The notes below the pieces were generated by a model. That model was not told the origin of the DNA. It was given only the letters and a program-made list of their open reading frames with translations, and ran no database searches. From positions 6,117,264 to 6,181,263 of the forward strand of contig CAVNZM010000006.1 in NCBI GenBank assembly GCA_963693365.1: a stretch of 64,000 nt of DNA, read 5' to 3'. Source of the DNA: Amoebidium appalachense. Its lineage: Eukaryota > Protista > Ichthyosporea. The stretch's first letter is position 1; each line of letters starts with the position of its first letter. Both the position numbers and the translations under genes were made by a program. Positions 1 through 21,849 of the stretch are shown one piece after another.

Positions 1-29
1 AAATTCCACTTTCCCTCTGTGCCCCCCTC

Positions 30-79
<50 letters not shown>

Positions 80-847
80 CCTTTCCCTGCCCTCCTTCCT
101 AACCGCCTCTCCCCGGGTTCCCCCTGGTTGCTTTCATTGTGCTACCTATGCCCTACCCACTGTCTCGCTTTCACTCCTATGTTTTCTTTTCCAACGTGCA
201 CCGTTTTTTTGGAGCCCGTTCAATGCAAGAAACGTTCCAAGGGTTGCATTTGCCCTTAAAGCCTGTTGGAAGAAGGGGGAAAGTGAGGGGGGGGGGGGGG
301 GGGGGGAGGGGAGGGGGGAGGAGTCACGTGTCACTGGGGGATGGGGTTTATGTGTGTGAATGTGTTGGGGGAGGAGGGGGGAGGGGAGGAGGGGGGGGGG
401 GGAGAGAGAGAGAGAGGGGGGGGGGGGGGGGGGGGGATAACCTCATTAGTGTTAATCGTGGGATTGTGGCATAGAAGTATTGGCGCATGAATTTGGTTGG
501 CTCATGTAGTCCATCTTCACGTTATGGGAACGTCCTTTTAACCCGACGTCAATTGCCGTTGGGAACGATCTTTTGTGTTTGCACCACGGTCTGAAGGCCG
601 CCAAAAGTGCACAACTGATTTGATTGCATACTCTAGTATGAAGGTACTGAAAATATTCACAAAGCAGCTCGCACGTGCATTATAGCTTTTGGTAACCTCA
701 AAATAGTACCTCCCACACAACATCAAAAAGCACTTTCTACTCGGGTCTTAACCGGTTCGAATGCTTGAAGTTTCCGTCCTTTTGGAGTTAGAAGGATTTG
801 GGTGCCTTAATGGATTAAAGATGACTGATTAATTTCATTTTTTTCAG

Positions 848-8772
<7,925 letters not shown>

Positions 8773-9141
8773 ATAAACTTAATGTTAGGTTTTCTATTTT
8801 TGAAATATGTTTTTGTTTTTCGGTAAACTTTCCTGATGTTTAGGCCCAAATTCGGCATTTATATTCGATTTTTCGCATTTCTTTATGATTTCCTTTGTAT
8901 GGCTATTGCCCAATTTCTATAAATGTAGGTAGTACCATGTGTAGACAAAGCCAATCATATACTCTGACGTCATTGTAGTCACGATGACGTCATGTCGTCA
9001 AATGCCGACCAAGGCGATGCCCTTACTTTCTACGTGCCAATGCACCGTCGTGATGCAAATGTGTAGTCCAATATAATATCCATTTCATCTAGCATCAATC
9101 GTCCCCATTTTCAGTCACATTACATGTCCACCATTGAATGG

Positions 9142-9197
<56 letters not shown>

Positions 9198-9590
9198 AGA
9201 CCCCCGACCTCCCACCACCACCACCACAAAAAAAAAAAAAAAAAAAATATTACCCCACCACCAATGCAATCCATCCCGCACCTATCCCGGACACCCACCC
9301 CGGCGGCAGGCCACCCACCTTCACCCGCCCTTCATGCATGTATACGCATACGAGGGATATATTGGGGTATACAGCGCGAATTATACATTTTGTGAATAGC
9401 TAATCAGACCACTGCCCATGCGCATGTACATGCATTATATATGCATGGCAATGGCACATGTACATCATGAGCCTTATCAGCCCAAGATGACGGTCATGCC
9501 CAAAACACATGAAAGAGAAGCATGTTCAAATCACACCCACCCACCCACCCACCCACACACACACACACATACTTCAAATCAGACACGCAT

Positions 9591-9631
<41 letters not shown>

Positions 9632-10863
9632 CACACATGTACACACATGCACAGATCTAGATTCGTTTGGATGGCGTTTTTTCCTGCCAGTGTACAAAGT
9701 TCGTTACACGTGTTCCCACACACAAATGTACTACACAAACCATGTGCAACACACACACACACACAACACACACACGCACACGCACACGCAAGCATGCACA
9801 CCAATACATATACAATTCTATGCCGATAGTCGATGATGCATTCCGACCTTCCACTACCATATATATGAGAGCACCTTCAAAGTCTCACGTGTTTCCATGC
9901 ACATTGCACGTGTCGGAGTAGGCAAACTTCAAATTTCATGGTTTGAGGAGGGATGTACATTTATGCCCTGATAAATCAACACATAATATACAATCTTACG
10001 TGCACATGCGTACATATGCATGTGTACACACATGCAACATAACCCACACATTGCACACGCTATGACATTCCTATCATATTATCATACCAAGGAAACACGA
10101 CCACTCACCACCACCAGGGTGGTCTCATACCGAGGGATTGTGAGTATTCATGCATAAACTAAACCTACTTCGGCTGTCTATTGGTAAAACATAAAGGCAT
10201 AACAAATCACTTCTGACACACAATCCATCCATTCCCACCACTCCCCACGGGGAGAAGAACTGAAAAAGGGGAAAGAAAAAACAAAACTAGAAAGAAAAAA
10301 AAAACTAGAAAGAAAGGAAGAAAGAAGTGGAAAGGAGATTGGGACTTGAAGGAGAGAAACATAAACAAGAAATGAAGGAAGAAAACTATAATGTTAGTGT
10401 TGACTCCCATACCAGCAGATAGACATGAGATGAAAAAAAAAGAGGCAGGACTCAGCCTCACCCCTAGAAACACACCAAACAAACAGCCACAAAACATCTA
10501 AAAACTCGAAAAGAAACACTCGCTACATACAGGGTTAGGGTTAAAACCTTTTGCTCTGATCGAGGCAGGGGTTCTACACATCGTGGCAAAAACATGTCGA
10601 TTCGGTAACACCATAGGTATACAGGGTTGATATACCATGCGCTTAATATAGCTCAGATCCGTAATTTCGAGAAATTCTGACTGCAGATATTACAAAACGT
10701 TGGGTTTGGTTTGCCCCAAAATACACCTACATTAAGACTACTCGCTATATGACAGAGTTCAAAAGCAAAAACAAACAAACCAAAGGGCAAAAAAATAAAA
10801 CAAAAAATAAAAACAAAGAGAGAAAAATAAATGAAACAAAACAACAAACCACAATATCGGCTC

Positions 10864-11050
10864 CTATTCGAATTCCTCCAAGTTTTTCAACGTCTTTGGC
10901 CTCTGCATGTGTCGAACCCACCGGGTTGCCGCCACCAATTTCAGCCAAAGTCCGATCTTGGGCTCCCTCCCAGGCCGATCAAAGTATGGCTCGATCTGGT
11001 TGGACGATCACAATTCGATTAGCAACCTGTCGTATAGATTGCAGCCCCCC

Positions 11051-11109
<59 letters not shown>

Positions 11110-11270
11110 ATGGCGCGGGTGGCACACAAACACACGTGTGCTGCCTTACACACATCCGTTCCACACACACAGACACACACACACACAGACAGACACACAC
11201 ACACACACACACCTCAGAGAGAAAGAGAGAGACAAAGAGAGAGAAAGAGAGAAAGGGGAAGGGAGGGAGG

Positions 11271-11319
<49 letters not shown>

Positions 11320-11365
11320 AGGGGGGGGAGAGAGAGAAAGAGCCGCCATACTCCGTCATTCATAT

Positions 11366-11399
<34 letters not shown>

Positions 11400-11829
11400 G
11401 GGGGGGGGGGGGGGGGTTGAATGCGTCAAAAAGTACGAAGTACACAAGAACAAACGGATAACACGATGCAGAATGCAAGCCATACATAAAGAGTATGCAT
11501 AATAAGCAGAGCCCATCCTCAGGGGGGGCCCACGTCATCAACAGTACCCGAGTTTCGACCTATTCACCTCGTTAACGAAACCCAACTCAGATACTGTTTC
11601 ACTTGAACATGGGTAGGTCACCCGTCTTGATCAGAGACGAGCAGGGTTGCTTATGCAGGCAAGGGCAGTGGGAAAGGCCGAGGGTTAAAGTTGCAGCAGT
11701 AAGCAGAAGCAAGAAAAATATAGATAGGAACTCAGGAGACGGGGCTTCTAGGAAGCTCCCCCGTCGATACCTAAGTCGATACTTCCCTGGCTAACATACT
11801 ACACCAGCTGAAAAGAATTAAGTCTCGAA

Positions 11830-11888
<59 letters not shown>

Positions 11889-12421
11889 AAGAGAAGAAAA
11901 AAAAAACACATAGACACCCATCCACAACCCACACACCTGTGTTTCAATGCTGACCAGATCCTCGCTCGCTATGACACTTTCGGTGTATTTCTTGCTGATG
12001 TTGATTTGTGCCCCATCCCCGTTGTAGACCGCAAAGTCCGTCCTCACAACATCGTGGTCTTCCCAAACCTGCAGTGTGCAATCGGTGGGCATCGTAAGAT
12101 TTCCGTGAGAACTACGCAATTTTGTTTTCGTTCGATAAAAACACATTCTCTGAACCGGTTGACAAACCCCGATAGCGGTGGGGTACATGATCATGTGTGT
12201 GTGTGAGCGAAAGTGAGTGAGAAAAAGAGAGAGAGAAACAGAAAGGGAGAGAGAGAAAGAGAGAGATTGTGTGTGTGTGTGTGTGGGTGTGTGTGTGTGT
12301 GCGAGTGAGTGAGTGAGTGAGTGGGTGTATGTGTGTGTGTGCGCGTGCGCCCGTGCGTGATTGCGTGAGAGAGAGAGCAAGGGAGCGAGTGAGTGAGAGT
12401 AAGAGAGCGAGAGAGAGAGAT

Positions 12422-12455
<34 letters not shown>

Positions 12456-12753
12456 TTAGAGGGAGAGAGAGTGTGTGCGTGTGTATGTGAGTGAGTGAGT
12501 GAATGGGTACGTGTGCGTATGTGTGCTTGTGTCTGTCTGAGTTTGAGTGTTTGAGTGTCTGAGGGGAGGGGAGGGGGGAAGAGAGAGAGGGAGGGGAGGG
12601 GGGGGGGGGGGAGAAGGGAGAAGGTGGATGGGGGGAGGGGAAAGGGGGAGGGGGAGGAAGAGGGGGAGGGGGAGGGGCAGACGGAGAGGGAGAGGGAGAG
12701 GGGGAGAGAGAGAGAGAGAGAGAGAGAGAATGGGCAGCGAGAGAGAGAGAGAC

Positions 12754-12789
<36 letters not shown>

Positions 12790-12815
12790 AGAGAGAGGGG
12801 GGGGGGGGGGGGGGG

Positions 12816-12861
<46 letters not shown>

Positions 12862-12962
12862 TGTGTGTGTACACCCACTCGGGCTCTCCTATGCCAGCGT
12901 GCATGTGGCTACCTTCGGTTTTTCTTTTCTTTCTTTGTACTTGGGGTTGGGGAGAGGAAGGG

Positions 12963-13011
<49 letters not shown>

Positions 13012-13180
13012 CTCTGAGATCATAACAACCTTTATATCTTTTTCTGTCCAAGATTTTTTGGTTTCCTCGTCGGGCTTGACGATGGGCTTGCGGAGAGCAG
13101 GGGCATCAAAACGAAGATTGGGACTCCGTTTGGAGTTGATGCGGAACCATAATTCGCTGTGACCCTCAATTCGATTCAGC

Positions 13181-13274
<94 letters not shown>

Positions 13275-14706
13275 CATGTGTGCGTGTGTGTGTGCATGCG
13301 TGCGTGTGTGTGTCATGTGTTTGGGTGTCGTACTGTGTGTGTGTTTTTTTTTTGCACAGAAGTATATCAGTCAACAGGACACCGCCCATCCTTGTCTCAG
13401 GTAAGAATATACATTAACGAGGTAACCTCAAAATGGATGTTATCGAAGTCTGTGCGAATGTGGTACGATAATCCTGTGTGTGTGTGTGTGTGTGTATGTG
13501 GGTTGGAATGGGAAAATCATAGTAGATATGCCCCTTACTCAAAGAATATCCCTAATTTTCGAACCCTATTTGAAACACCCCCAAATTTACCAGTCACGAC
13601 ACGGTATGCCCTCTACCATTGATTTCGAACCATGTTGACATGAATTTTTGTTCGTGATTCTTATTGTGGTGCTTGTGTACAATTCTTCGATTGACGGAAT
13701 GCCGCTGGCTGCGTTCCCACTTCGTGGGAATCGATACCGCGGGAATCCGGCGGAATCCCGGGGATTCCTGGAATGTGGGAATCAAATGTCCTTCGGTTCC
13801 CATTGGGACAACAGCGGTAATCCTGACGCGAGCCGCCCCGGTCACGCCGCTGGTAGCAACCGCGCAGGCTTTCTATTTTTCGCTCCGATTTTTCTCCCCA
13901 TAAAAACTTCTTTTCCCACTGCGTGGGAATCGATACCGCGGGAATCCGGCGGAAGCCCGGGGATTCCTGGAATGTGGGAATCAAATGTCCTGCTCCCATT
14001 GGGACAACAGCGGTAATCCTGACGCGAGCCGCCCCGGCCACGCCGCTGGTAGCAACCGCGCAGGTTTTCTATTTTTCGCTCCGCTTTTTCTCCCCATAAA
14101 AACTTCTTTTAGAAAAAGGGAAACGAAAATAATGGAAGAAAAAATTAAGATGGTAAGCATGCTCTCACGTTCCTGTAGCGAAAAAAAAAAACAGGTTCTG
14201 CGAACGTTCGCGGCTGCTGCAGCGCTGCTCGGTTTTATTATCCCAATGGGTAGAATTCTGCCGGGCCTCCTCTGCCGCGGTTAAATATTCCCACATCTTG
14301 GGAATAATCATTATCCGAAAAAGGAAATTCTAATCAAAATCTAAGGAAATACCGCGCAATGGGAACAGCCATCTGGGCAGAATTTATCCCAAGCCGCGGG
14401 AGATTCCCATTCCCACGCAGTGGGAACGCAGCCACTATACCCCCAATCCCGCCATAATTCTTATACCTCATTCTTCTCACCTGCCGCTTGATATATTCTT
14501 ATTTTTCGAATAAATGTCGCTCTTTTGCTGTTAATCCCCAAATGCGCCATTCTGCCTTCTAATCATGGCAGGTGTATCTCGTCATTTTGAATAATAATGG
14601 TTGTATCACTTACTTGAATCGTCTCTCGGATAACGGACAGGGGCTATCTTTGGGTGGTCCAGAAGCAGCTGAAGATCAGAAGCCTCGGGGTTTTCCTTCT
14701 TAGCCT

Positions 14707-14776
<70 letters not shown>

Positions 14777-14778
14777 CA

Positions 14779-14828
<50 letters not shown>

Positions 14829-15103
14829 CGAGTGCGCGTTAGTGTGTGGGCATGTATTGTGAGCGGGTTGTGCATGCTTGTGGGTGGTTTAATCGCATAG
14901 AATCACATGGCCCGATGAATCCGACCATGGCAGGGTTCGAACCTTGGACTTTCCGTTGGGGCTCACTCGATTCAGAATGGTGTGGTTGGGATGGGCAGAG
15001 GTGGGGGGGGGGGGGGGGGGGGAGGGGGGGAAGGTAAGGGCACACATAGAAGGTGAAGATGCCCGCCCTCCCCCTCCCCCTCCCCCCCCTCCCCCCCCCC
15101 CCC

Positions 15104-15175
<72 letters not shown>

Positions 15176-16212
15176 AAAAAAAAAAAAGGAAAGTGGAACC
15201 AACCAACCAATTATGTCGCTCTTTTCACCCTCAGAGAAAGAAAAAAATATTGCATATTTTTTTATTATTCATTCATTTTTATTTACTTATTGATATATAT
15301 ATTTTCTTGGAAGGGGAGGGGGTGGGGGGGGGGGGGGGGGGGGGGGGGTGCGTCATAGAGTACAAAGTACACATAAATAACGGACAACACAATGCAGAGT
15401 GCAAACCACACATAAAGAGTATGCATGAGCAGAGCACATCCTCAAAAGCGGGGGGGGGGGGGGGGGGGGGGGGAAGGGAGGGAGGGGAGAAGGGGGGGGG
15501 GGGGGGGGGGGGGGGGGGAATCTCCAGAGTTTCGACCACTTAAAGGGGGGTCGGGTCGGGTCAGAGAGATTTCTAGCTATGTGATTGGCCTGCTGCGCAC
15601 CAGAGTCGGTCTCGGTAACCGACATTTTTCGCTTGCAGCAAGGCACAGATGTGCCATAATACAACCAAAAATAAAAAAGAGAAGAGAAAAAACGAAAGGA
15701 AACGATAGAATAACAACCAAGCGCTAGGAAGAAGATTGCAGTTTAAAGTTTTGATTTATACGGCTTGACCCGGATGTGCTGGAATGGCGACTATTAATCT
15801 TCCTAAAAGAAACCCCCTTTAACCTCGTCGACGAAATCCAACTCGTATACTGTTTCACTTAAAACATAGGTGGGTAACCCGTCTTGATCAGAGACAACCA
15901 GGCTTATGAGAGCAGGCAACAGGAAGCGGTATGGGGAAAGGCCGGGGGTTAAGAGTAGAAGGAGTACGCAGAAGCAAGATATTGGGGAGGGGAGGGGAAA
16001 GGGGGGGGGGGGGGGTTTGAATGCGTCATAAAGTATGAAGTACACTTAACGGATAATACGGGGGGGGGGGGGGGGGGGAGAAGAGGGGGAAGGGGGGGGG
16101 GGGGGGGGGGGAGGGGGGGGGGGTTTCTCCCTTAGAGGGAGAAAACGGGGGAAAGGGGATTTTATTTCTGCGTGTGTGTGTGTGTGGACGAGGGAAGGGG
16201 GGGGGGGGAGAA

Positions 16213-16248
<36 letters not shown>

Positions 16249-16570
16249 CGACCCTGAGAATCTCTTCGACATTGGGGTAGTGACTGATGTTCTGCAAAAG
16301 GTGCTCGAAGTATGTCGTCTCTATCTCCTCCAGAAAGGAGATGTAGCTGTGTGTGTGCATGCGTGTGTGCGTGTGCGTGTGTGTGCGTGTGTGTGTATGT
16401 GGGAGTGAGACTCGCCTGAGGGTGTGAGTTGGTGGGTGGGTGGGTGAGTGAGTGAGTGTGTGTGTGTGTGTGTGCGTGCGCGTGTGCGCGCCCGTGCTCA
16501 CGTATGAACCCCGTCATTGGTTCGTCAAATTTGGCTTATTAACATTGATAATGATTATTTCTTGGGGCAA

Positions 16571-16601
<31 letters not shown>

Positions 16602-16771
16602 AGGGGAGGGGGAGGGGGGCTCAGGCTAGGACACCCTTTTTCCCATTCTGTTGACACCAATAGAAACACAAAAAACAAACACATACTTGACTATAACATC
16701 CTAGGGGGAAAAGGTGATAAAACTAAACTAAACGCAGTTGAATAAACGTAGCATTCCGGACAAGCACCGCC

Positions 16772-16806
<35 letters not shown>

Positions 16807-17842
16807 GTAAGTACGTTATGTATGTATTAGAGGGCGGCAAATATAGAACACTGAAACTCCCCATAGTGACAAACATAGTGACAAACATGAAATCAAAACA
16901 GTTGCGCAGGCAGCAGACACTTGAGCAGAAAACATCATCAGGGAAGAGAGAAAGGGAGCAAGGGAGGTATGTAGGAGGGAGGGAGGGAGATTGTGCGCGG
17001 AAGAAGGGGGGGGGGGGGGGGGGGGGAGAGAGAGGGGGAGGGGGGGGGGGGGGGGTTCTACGCTGCCATCTGAGGGTTGTCTTGCTCGCTCAAGGTCAAA
17101 GGGGTGGAGTCCAACTTGATCACCTGGAGGGGGAACCAATCAGCAAGAAGGGGAAAAAAATCAATTTTGGAAACAGTTTAACCAAATACGGGAAATTACC
17201 ATGTATGGTAAACGTATATGTACATAGTCCCAAATTTCGGCCCCGCAACGGTGGCGAAAGACTCCATCGATATGACGTGATCCGATGGTCTACGCAATGT
17301 AGGCTATAGAATTTCGCTGCCACCTCGACGGGGCCTCACAAGGAATCTAATCTAAAAATATCCAGGTTTTGATTGGCTAATGAGATGTTGGCATCATCAA
17401 TTCTCTGGGATCTATATCTAACCAATTGAGACCTTGGATAGTTTCAAAAGAAGCAAATGCAAGGCTAGATTCAATCGCAGAAATACGAAGAAAAGAGAGA
17501 CAAAAACAAAATACAAGCGTTTATAGAAGGTTAATAAAAGGTTCAACTATTAACATCGTTAAGACCTACAATAGGACATGTGCAAAGGGGATATTCCTAA
17601 TATGTGCATGGAAGGAAGCAAGTGTAAAAGTGTGCAAGTATGTCGGTGTGTCTATCTGTCTGCGTCCGGCATGTATGGGTGTGTCTGTCCGTATCAGGGG
17701 GGGGGGGGAAGAAAGGGAGAGAAAGCTACACACACTCCTTAAAGTGAGAGAGAGAAAGAGAGAGGGAGAGGGGGAGAGAAAGGGGGGGGAGAATGTGTGT
17801 GTATCTCTCACTCTTTCTCTCTCACTCTCTCTCACTCTCTCT

Positions 17843-17888
<46 letters not shown>

Positions 17889-19253
17889 TTGTGTCTTTCT
17901 GCGTGGGCATGTGCTTGCATGCTTATGTTTGTGTATGCATGTGTATCTGTGTGGACACTTGCAAGTGCACACGCACACAATTTCTTTTGCATGTGCACGT
18001 GTTAGCGTTGGCGTGTTTTGGGCCTGTGTCCGTGCCCGTGTGTGCATGTACACACTTACCCTTCTCGAGACTTCCCATTTCTCCACTTTCGCCATATCGT
18101 CGCCCTTGCTGAACTGTGCGTTCTCTTTCTTTCCAAAGTCACCGTGTGGCCCTACAACCCGTGAAAAAAAAGAGGGAGAGAGAAAGAGTGCGTGAGAGAC
18201 GGGCGGGGGGGTGGGAGGGAGAGGGGGGAGGGGGGGGAGGGGGGGGGGGAAGAGGGGGGGGGAGGGGGGATACTTATAGGTGGGCAGGTAGAGAGATATG
18301 CATAAGACATTGGAAGGGGAATGAGGGCAAGAGGGGAGGGGGGAGGGGGGGGGGGGTTGAATGGAATGGATGTGTATAAAGACTCCATCGTAATAATATA
18401 ATCAGTATGTAAGATCTACAAAACGAAAACAAAAATGATGTGTAACATGATATGCGCAACACCCACGGCATGGAACTGATTCAGGAGACTTGCAGCTTGG
18501 TTGCGTGTGTGTGTGCGCGCATGTGTGTGTGGTGGTGGTGGTGGTGGGGGGGGGGGGGGGGGGTAAACAGTACAAGATATGTAATGGATGATATAAATGG
18601 ACCACATGGGTATTATGGGACATAGCAAAGCCTCTTATCCTTGAGGCGAGCTTTGTGGGAAGGGGAAACGGGGGGGGGGCAGGGAGGGAGGGAAGGAGGG
18701 GTGGGATGGGGGATGGGGGGGGGGGGGGGGTAAAGGACGCTTCTCACGGCACGAAGTAAGGGATCACTACCAGAAATCCAGAGTTGCAAAGACCAGAAAA
18801 GCACAACAGATTGTGCCGCATTAGGAATGGTCATCTCCGAGGGGTGGGAGGGGGGGGAGGCGGAGGGGGGGAAGGGGGGGGGGGGGGGGGGGGGGGGGGG
18901 GGAGGGAGGGGAGGGGGGTTCAGGTCACATGCTACACAAGTTTTAGCTCATTCACATTGTGCGTGAAATTAAGCTGTATGTGTGTGTGGGAGGGGGGGGG
19001 GGGGGGGGGACAGACCTGCCAGGGCAAAGCACACGCTGGCCACGGGAGTGATGTGGGTGACGGAGGAGGGCTTGCCGTCAAACAGAACGCGGGGAGGCTG
19101 ACCTTTTTCCTCTGGGACCTACAGACAACAACAAGAGGACGGGGAGAGGGAGGAGGAGGGAGAGGGGGGGGGGGGGGTTAGGAAGGGGGGAAGAGGGCGT
19201 TAAGATGTGCAACAGTACAGAGTACACATTCATGACGGACAAGGCAGTGCAGG

Positions 19254-19286
<33 letters not shown>

Positions 19287-19756
19287 CCCCCTTTTTTTCT
19301 TTTTTCTTTTTTGAACTGCTGTTCCAGTTTGTTAAGATCCCCCTCCACTATTACACAGTTAAAAGGGGCGAGGGGGGTGTAGGGATGGGTAGGTGGGTGG
19401 GTGGGTGGGTGGGGGGGGGGGGGGGGGGGGGGGGGGGCAAGGGGGGAGGTGAGGGTGGAAAAATGAAAGTCTATAGATAACACTGACACCTGTGGCTTCA
19501 AGCCTTTGGCGTAAGTGCCAGAGGGAGGGGGGGGGGTGGGGGGAGGATTTGAACGCAGTGATACGTCGGGGGAAGGGGGGGGGGGGGGGGGGAGGCAGGA
19601 GGAGGCTAAGGTGCTGGCGAGGGGGGGGGGGGGGGGGGAGGGGGGCAAAACAAACCTCGAAAGTGACTTTTGAGGGAGAAAGCTTCTTGAAAAACTTTGC
19701 GTCATTTTCCAATTTGGCTCGAGCCCTCTGGAGTGCTTCATTGTACTCCTCTAAAA

Positions 19757-19817
<61 letters not shown>

Positions 19818-20314
19818 CGCGCGCGTGCCTACGTGTGTGTGTGTGTGTGTGTGTGAGCGTGTGCATGTGTGTGTGTGTGTGTGCGTGCGTGTATGTGCGT
19901 GCATGCATGTGTGCGCGCCGCACGTGTGCGCAAGAGAAAGGGGTGGGGGCGGGGGGGGGATTAGAGTGCGGAACATACAGTGCCAAAGAAAAGAAAAGAG
20001 CAACTACCACTACGGTGTGGGACAACCAAACGGCATGATGAAACAGCACACAGCGAGTAAGAGAACAAAAACATGGCACATCCTTGCCAAAGGAGGAGGG
20101 GAGGGGAGGGGTAGATCCACGCCGGGGGGGGGGGGGGGGGGGGGGGAGGGGGAGAGGAGGGAGGGGGAAGATTGAGTTACAGAATACGAAGTGCACATTC
20201 ATGATACAACACAAAGCAGATTGCAGAGCTAACAAAGAGTATCCATCATAATTAGAGCCCATCTTCGAAGGGGGTCAAAGTTTTCCACGGCGGGGGGAGG
20301 GGGAGGGGGGGGTT

Positions 20315-20355
<41 letters not shown>

Positions 20356-21207
20356 GGAGGCTATACGTAGTAGTAGAGAGAGGTTGAGGGGGGTACTTAC
20401 TGGTCTCCATCATGGGGAGTTTTGAGCGGAAAATGGGCATTACAATCGTTTTCCTGGTGCCTGGCTCCCCCGTCGCACACCCGGCAACTGCAAACAGAAA
20501 TTTTAAGGTTACCTAAAACATGCAACATAGTGTAACGTGTTTAGAAATGTTCTCCTTTTTTGGCCTAAGGCCTGACACTTGCTTGTAGAGGCTTTGTGTG
20601 AGCTGAAAGGTCTGGCCGTAGTAGGGAGGTGCTTGTCACGGTGAGATTGTCGTGACCGCTCTAGTCCACACGTATAAGTTCTGTACAACCAAGTATGAAA
20701 CACACGGACGTTTCTAGCGACATGGAGAGATGCCGACGGAAACAAGGACGTTTGGGTGAATAGCACAATAGTGTTAGAGATTGAAGAATGTAGTGGTTTC
20801 AAAGATTCTACTCTAATTCCACTATAACGTGTTTCAAGTGTAGTCAAAGGTAGGTTTAAGTGCCCAAAAGGGGGAAAGGGGCCGAGGTGGCGTGGGGTGG
20901 GTGTGTGTGTGGGGGGCATTGCTTGAAGCTGAAAAAGAAGGTGAAGAGGAGGGAACGTACAACGAAAGATAGTATTTTGACAAAAGAAGTTTTCGAGAAT
21001 AGGGGTAGAGAGGGCGCAGAGCGCAAGGTCCGGGGGGCGGGGAGAGGGGCCGGGGGGCGGGCGGGCAGGTCGGGGGGGGGGGGGGGGGGGGGGGTTAGGG
21101 GGGGGAGGGGGCGTGAACAGAAAAGACGCCCACCCACCAGCTATGTAGAGGAGAGGCACGTTGCCACGGACCGAAACAGCCCTGGAGAGCCTCTGGAGGG
21201 ACAACAT
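10864..21207 (-). CDS. Uncharacterised 370-aa protein with predicted mitochondrial presequence; candidate T7 gp2.5/giant-virus-type OB-fold ssDNA-binding protein
   Basis: 11 phase-consistent GT-AG exons (minus): 21207-21138, 20487-20401, 19750-19656, 19118-19016, 18151-18060, 17123-17062, 16346-16253, 14707-14614, 13181-13030, 12068-11937, 10995-10864(TAG); 1113 nt open. N-terminus [26 protein letters not shown] is Arg-rich with no acidic residue in the first 30 aa. The gene model is well supported; the SSB identity is inference. Confidence 0.78.
11418..11730 (-). repeat. Longest copy of a dispersed intronic repeat family (~100-bp core, up to ~300 bp)
   Basis: Minus-strand core GAGGATGGGCTCTGCTTATTATGCATACTCTTTATGTATGGCTTGCATTCTGCATCGTGTTATCCG...GTGTACTTCGTACTTTTTGACGCATTCAA then poly-C. 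Diverged copies or fragments at ~15349-15445, 15815-15980, 16018-16060, 20172-20275 (minus) and ~43003-43110, 43740-43832, 43885-43960, 44050-44180, 48382-48540 (plus). Confidence 0.75.
13707..14433. mobile_element. Non-autonomous DNA transposon (MITE-like) with ~25-bp TIRs and an internal ~200-bp tandem duplication
   Basis: Left end GGCTGCGTTCCCACTTCGTGGGAAT versus reverse complement of right end GGCTGCGTTCCCACTGCGTGGGAAT (1 mismatch). 13714-13912 is repeated near-identically at 13913-14110. GGC...GCC ends are PIF/Harbinger-like, but no clear TWA TSD. Confidence 0.8.
17239..17335. repeat. Short imperfect inverted repeat, possible degenerate mini-MITE
   Basis: GGCCCCGCAACGGTGGCGAAA ... TTTCGCTGCCACCTCGACGGGGCC are imperfectly complementary; intronic. 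Confidence 0.35.
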
Positions 21208-21849
21208 GTTTGCACTGTCTGACCAAAACAATAAGGGAGAAAGTATGTGTTGTAGATCTCACAAGAAACAAGTGAGAAAACTCTCCTTGCAAGCGCCTAC
21301 GCTAATTTTTCTTCCTTATATACATAGCTTTCCCACGGTCTTGTGTAACTCCTGTCAGATGTGCGCCTACCTCGCCCCCAAGAACTTGAAAAAAAAAATT
21401 GGCAAAACGAGTGACAGGGGAGAGTGTTTTTCTTCTTTTTTGAAGGTGCCACTTTCAGACTTTGCAATGCCCCAACGAATCTTTTGGTTTTCCCGCGCTT
21501 ACATGATATGTGTCCAATCAAACGAAACTAGGCTTTCTTGGCTGACTTGGCTGAGTCGGCTGATATCGCTCATATGGGCTTCACTTTGGAGAAAAGCTAA
21601 AACTGCACAAAAACAGGAGAAAGAAGCATGCTTTTTTAATATTTATTTTTACGAGCGTTTTTTCTGGCGTGCTTGACATCTGTATAAAGCACGCCTGTTT
21701 AGGTGCCCAGGTTTACCTTGGCAAGCACGAGCGGAGGCTGCCTTACGTAAGCCTCTACCGTATCACATGCTATTGGGTAATATTCGGAAGATTGATCGCG
21801 GCGGGCACTCGATTCGAATAACGGCCGACCCGTCATCCGACCCGGAAAC

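Noticed and set aside
10530-10545. AGGGTTAGGGTTA telomere-like motif
   Set aside because: Only two units; not an interstitial telomeric array.
10979-11026. Alternative last exon ([15 protein letters not shown]) for the minus-strand gene
   Set aside because: The acceptor before 10995 has a CTAAT branch-like motif upstream and gives a longer, more protein-like exon; not fully excluded without RNA-seq.
14915-14985. tRNA gene on minus strand (B-box GGTTCGAACC)
   Set aside because: Only a T-arm-like fragment, with no A-box, D-arm or acceptor stem; at most a degenerate tRNA-derived relic. The same applies to GATTCGAACC near 35214.
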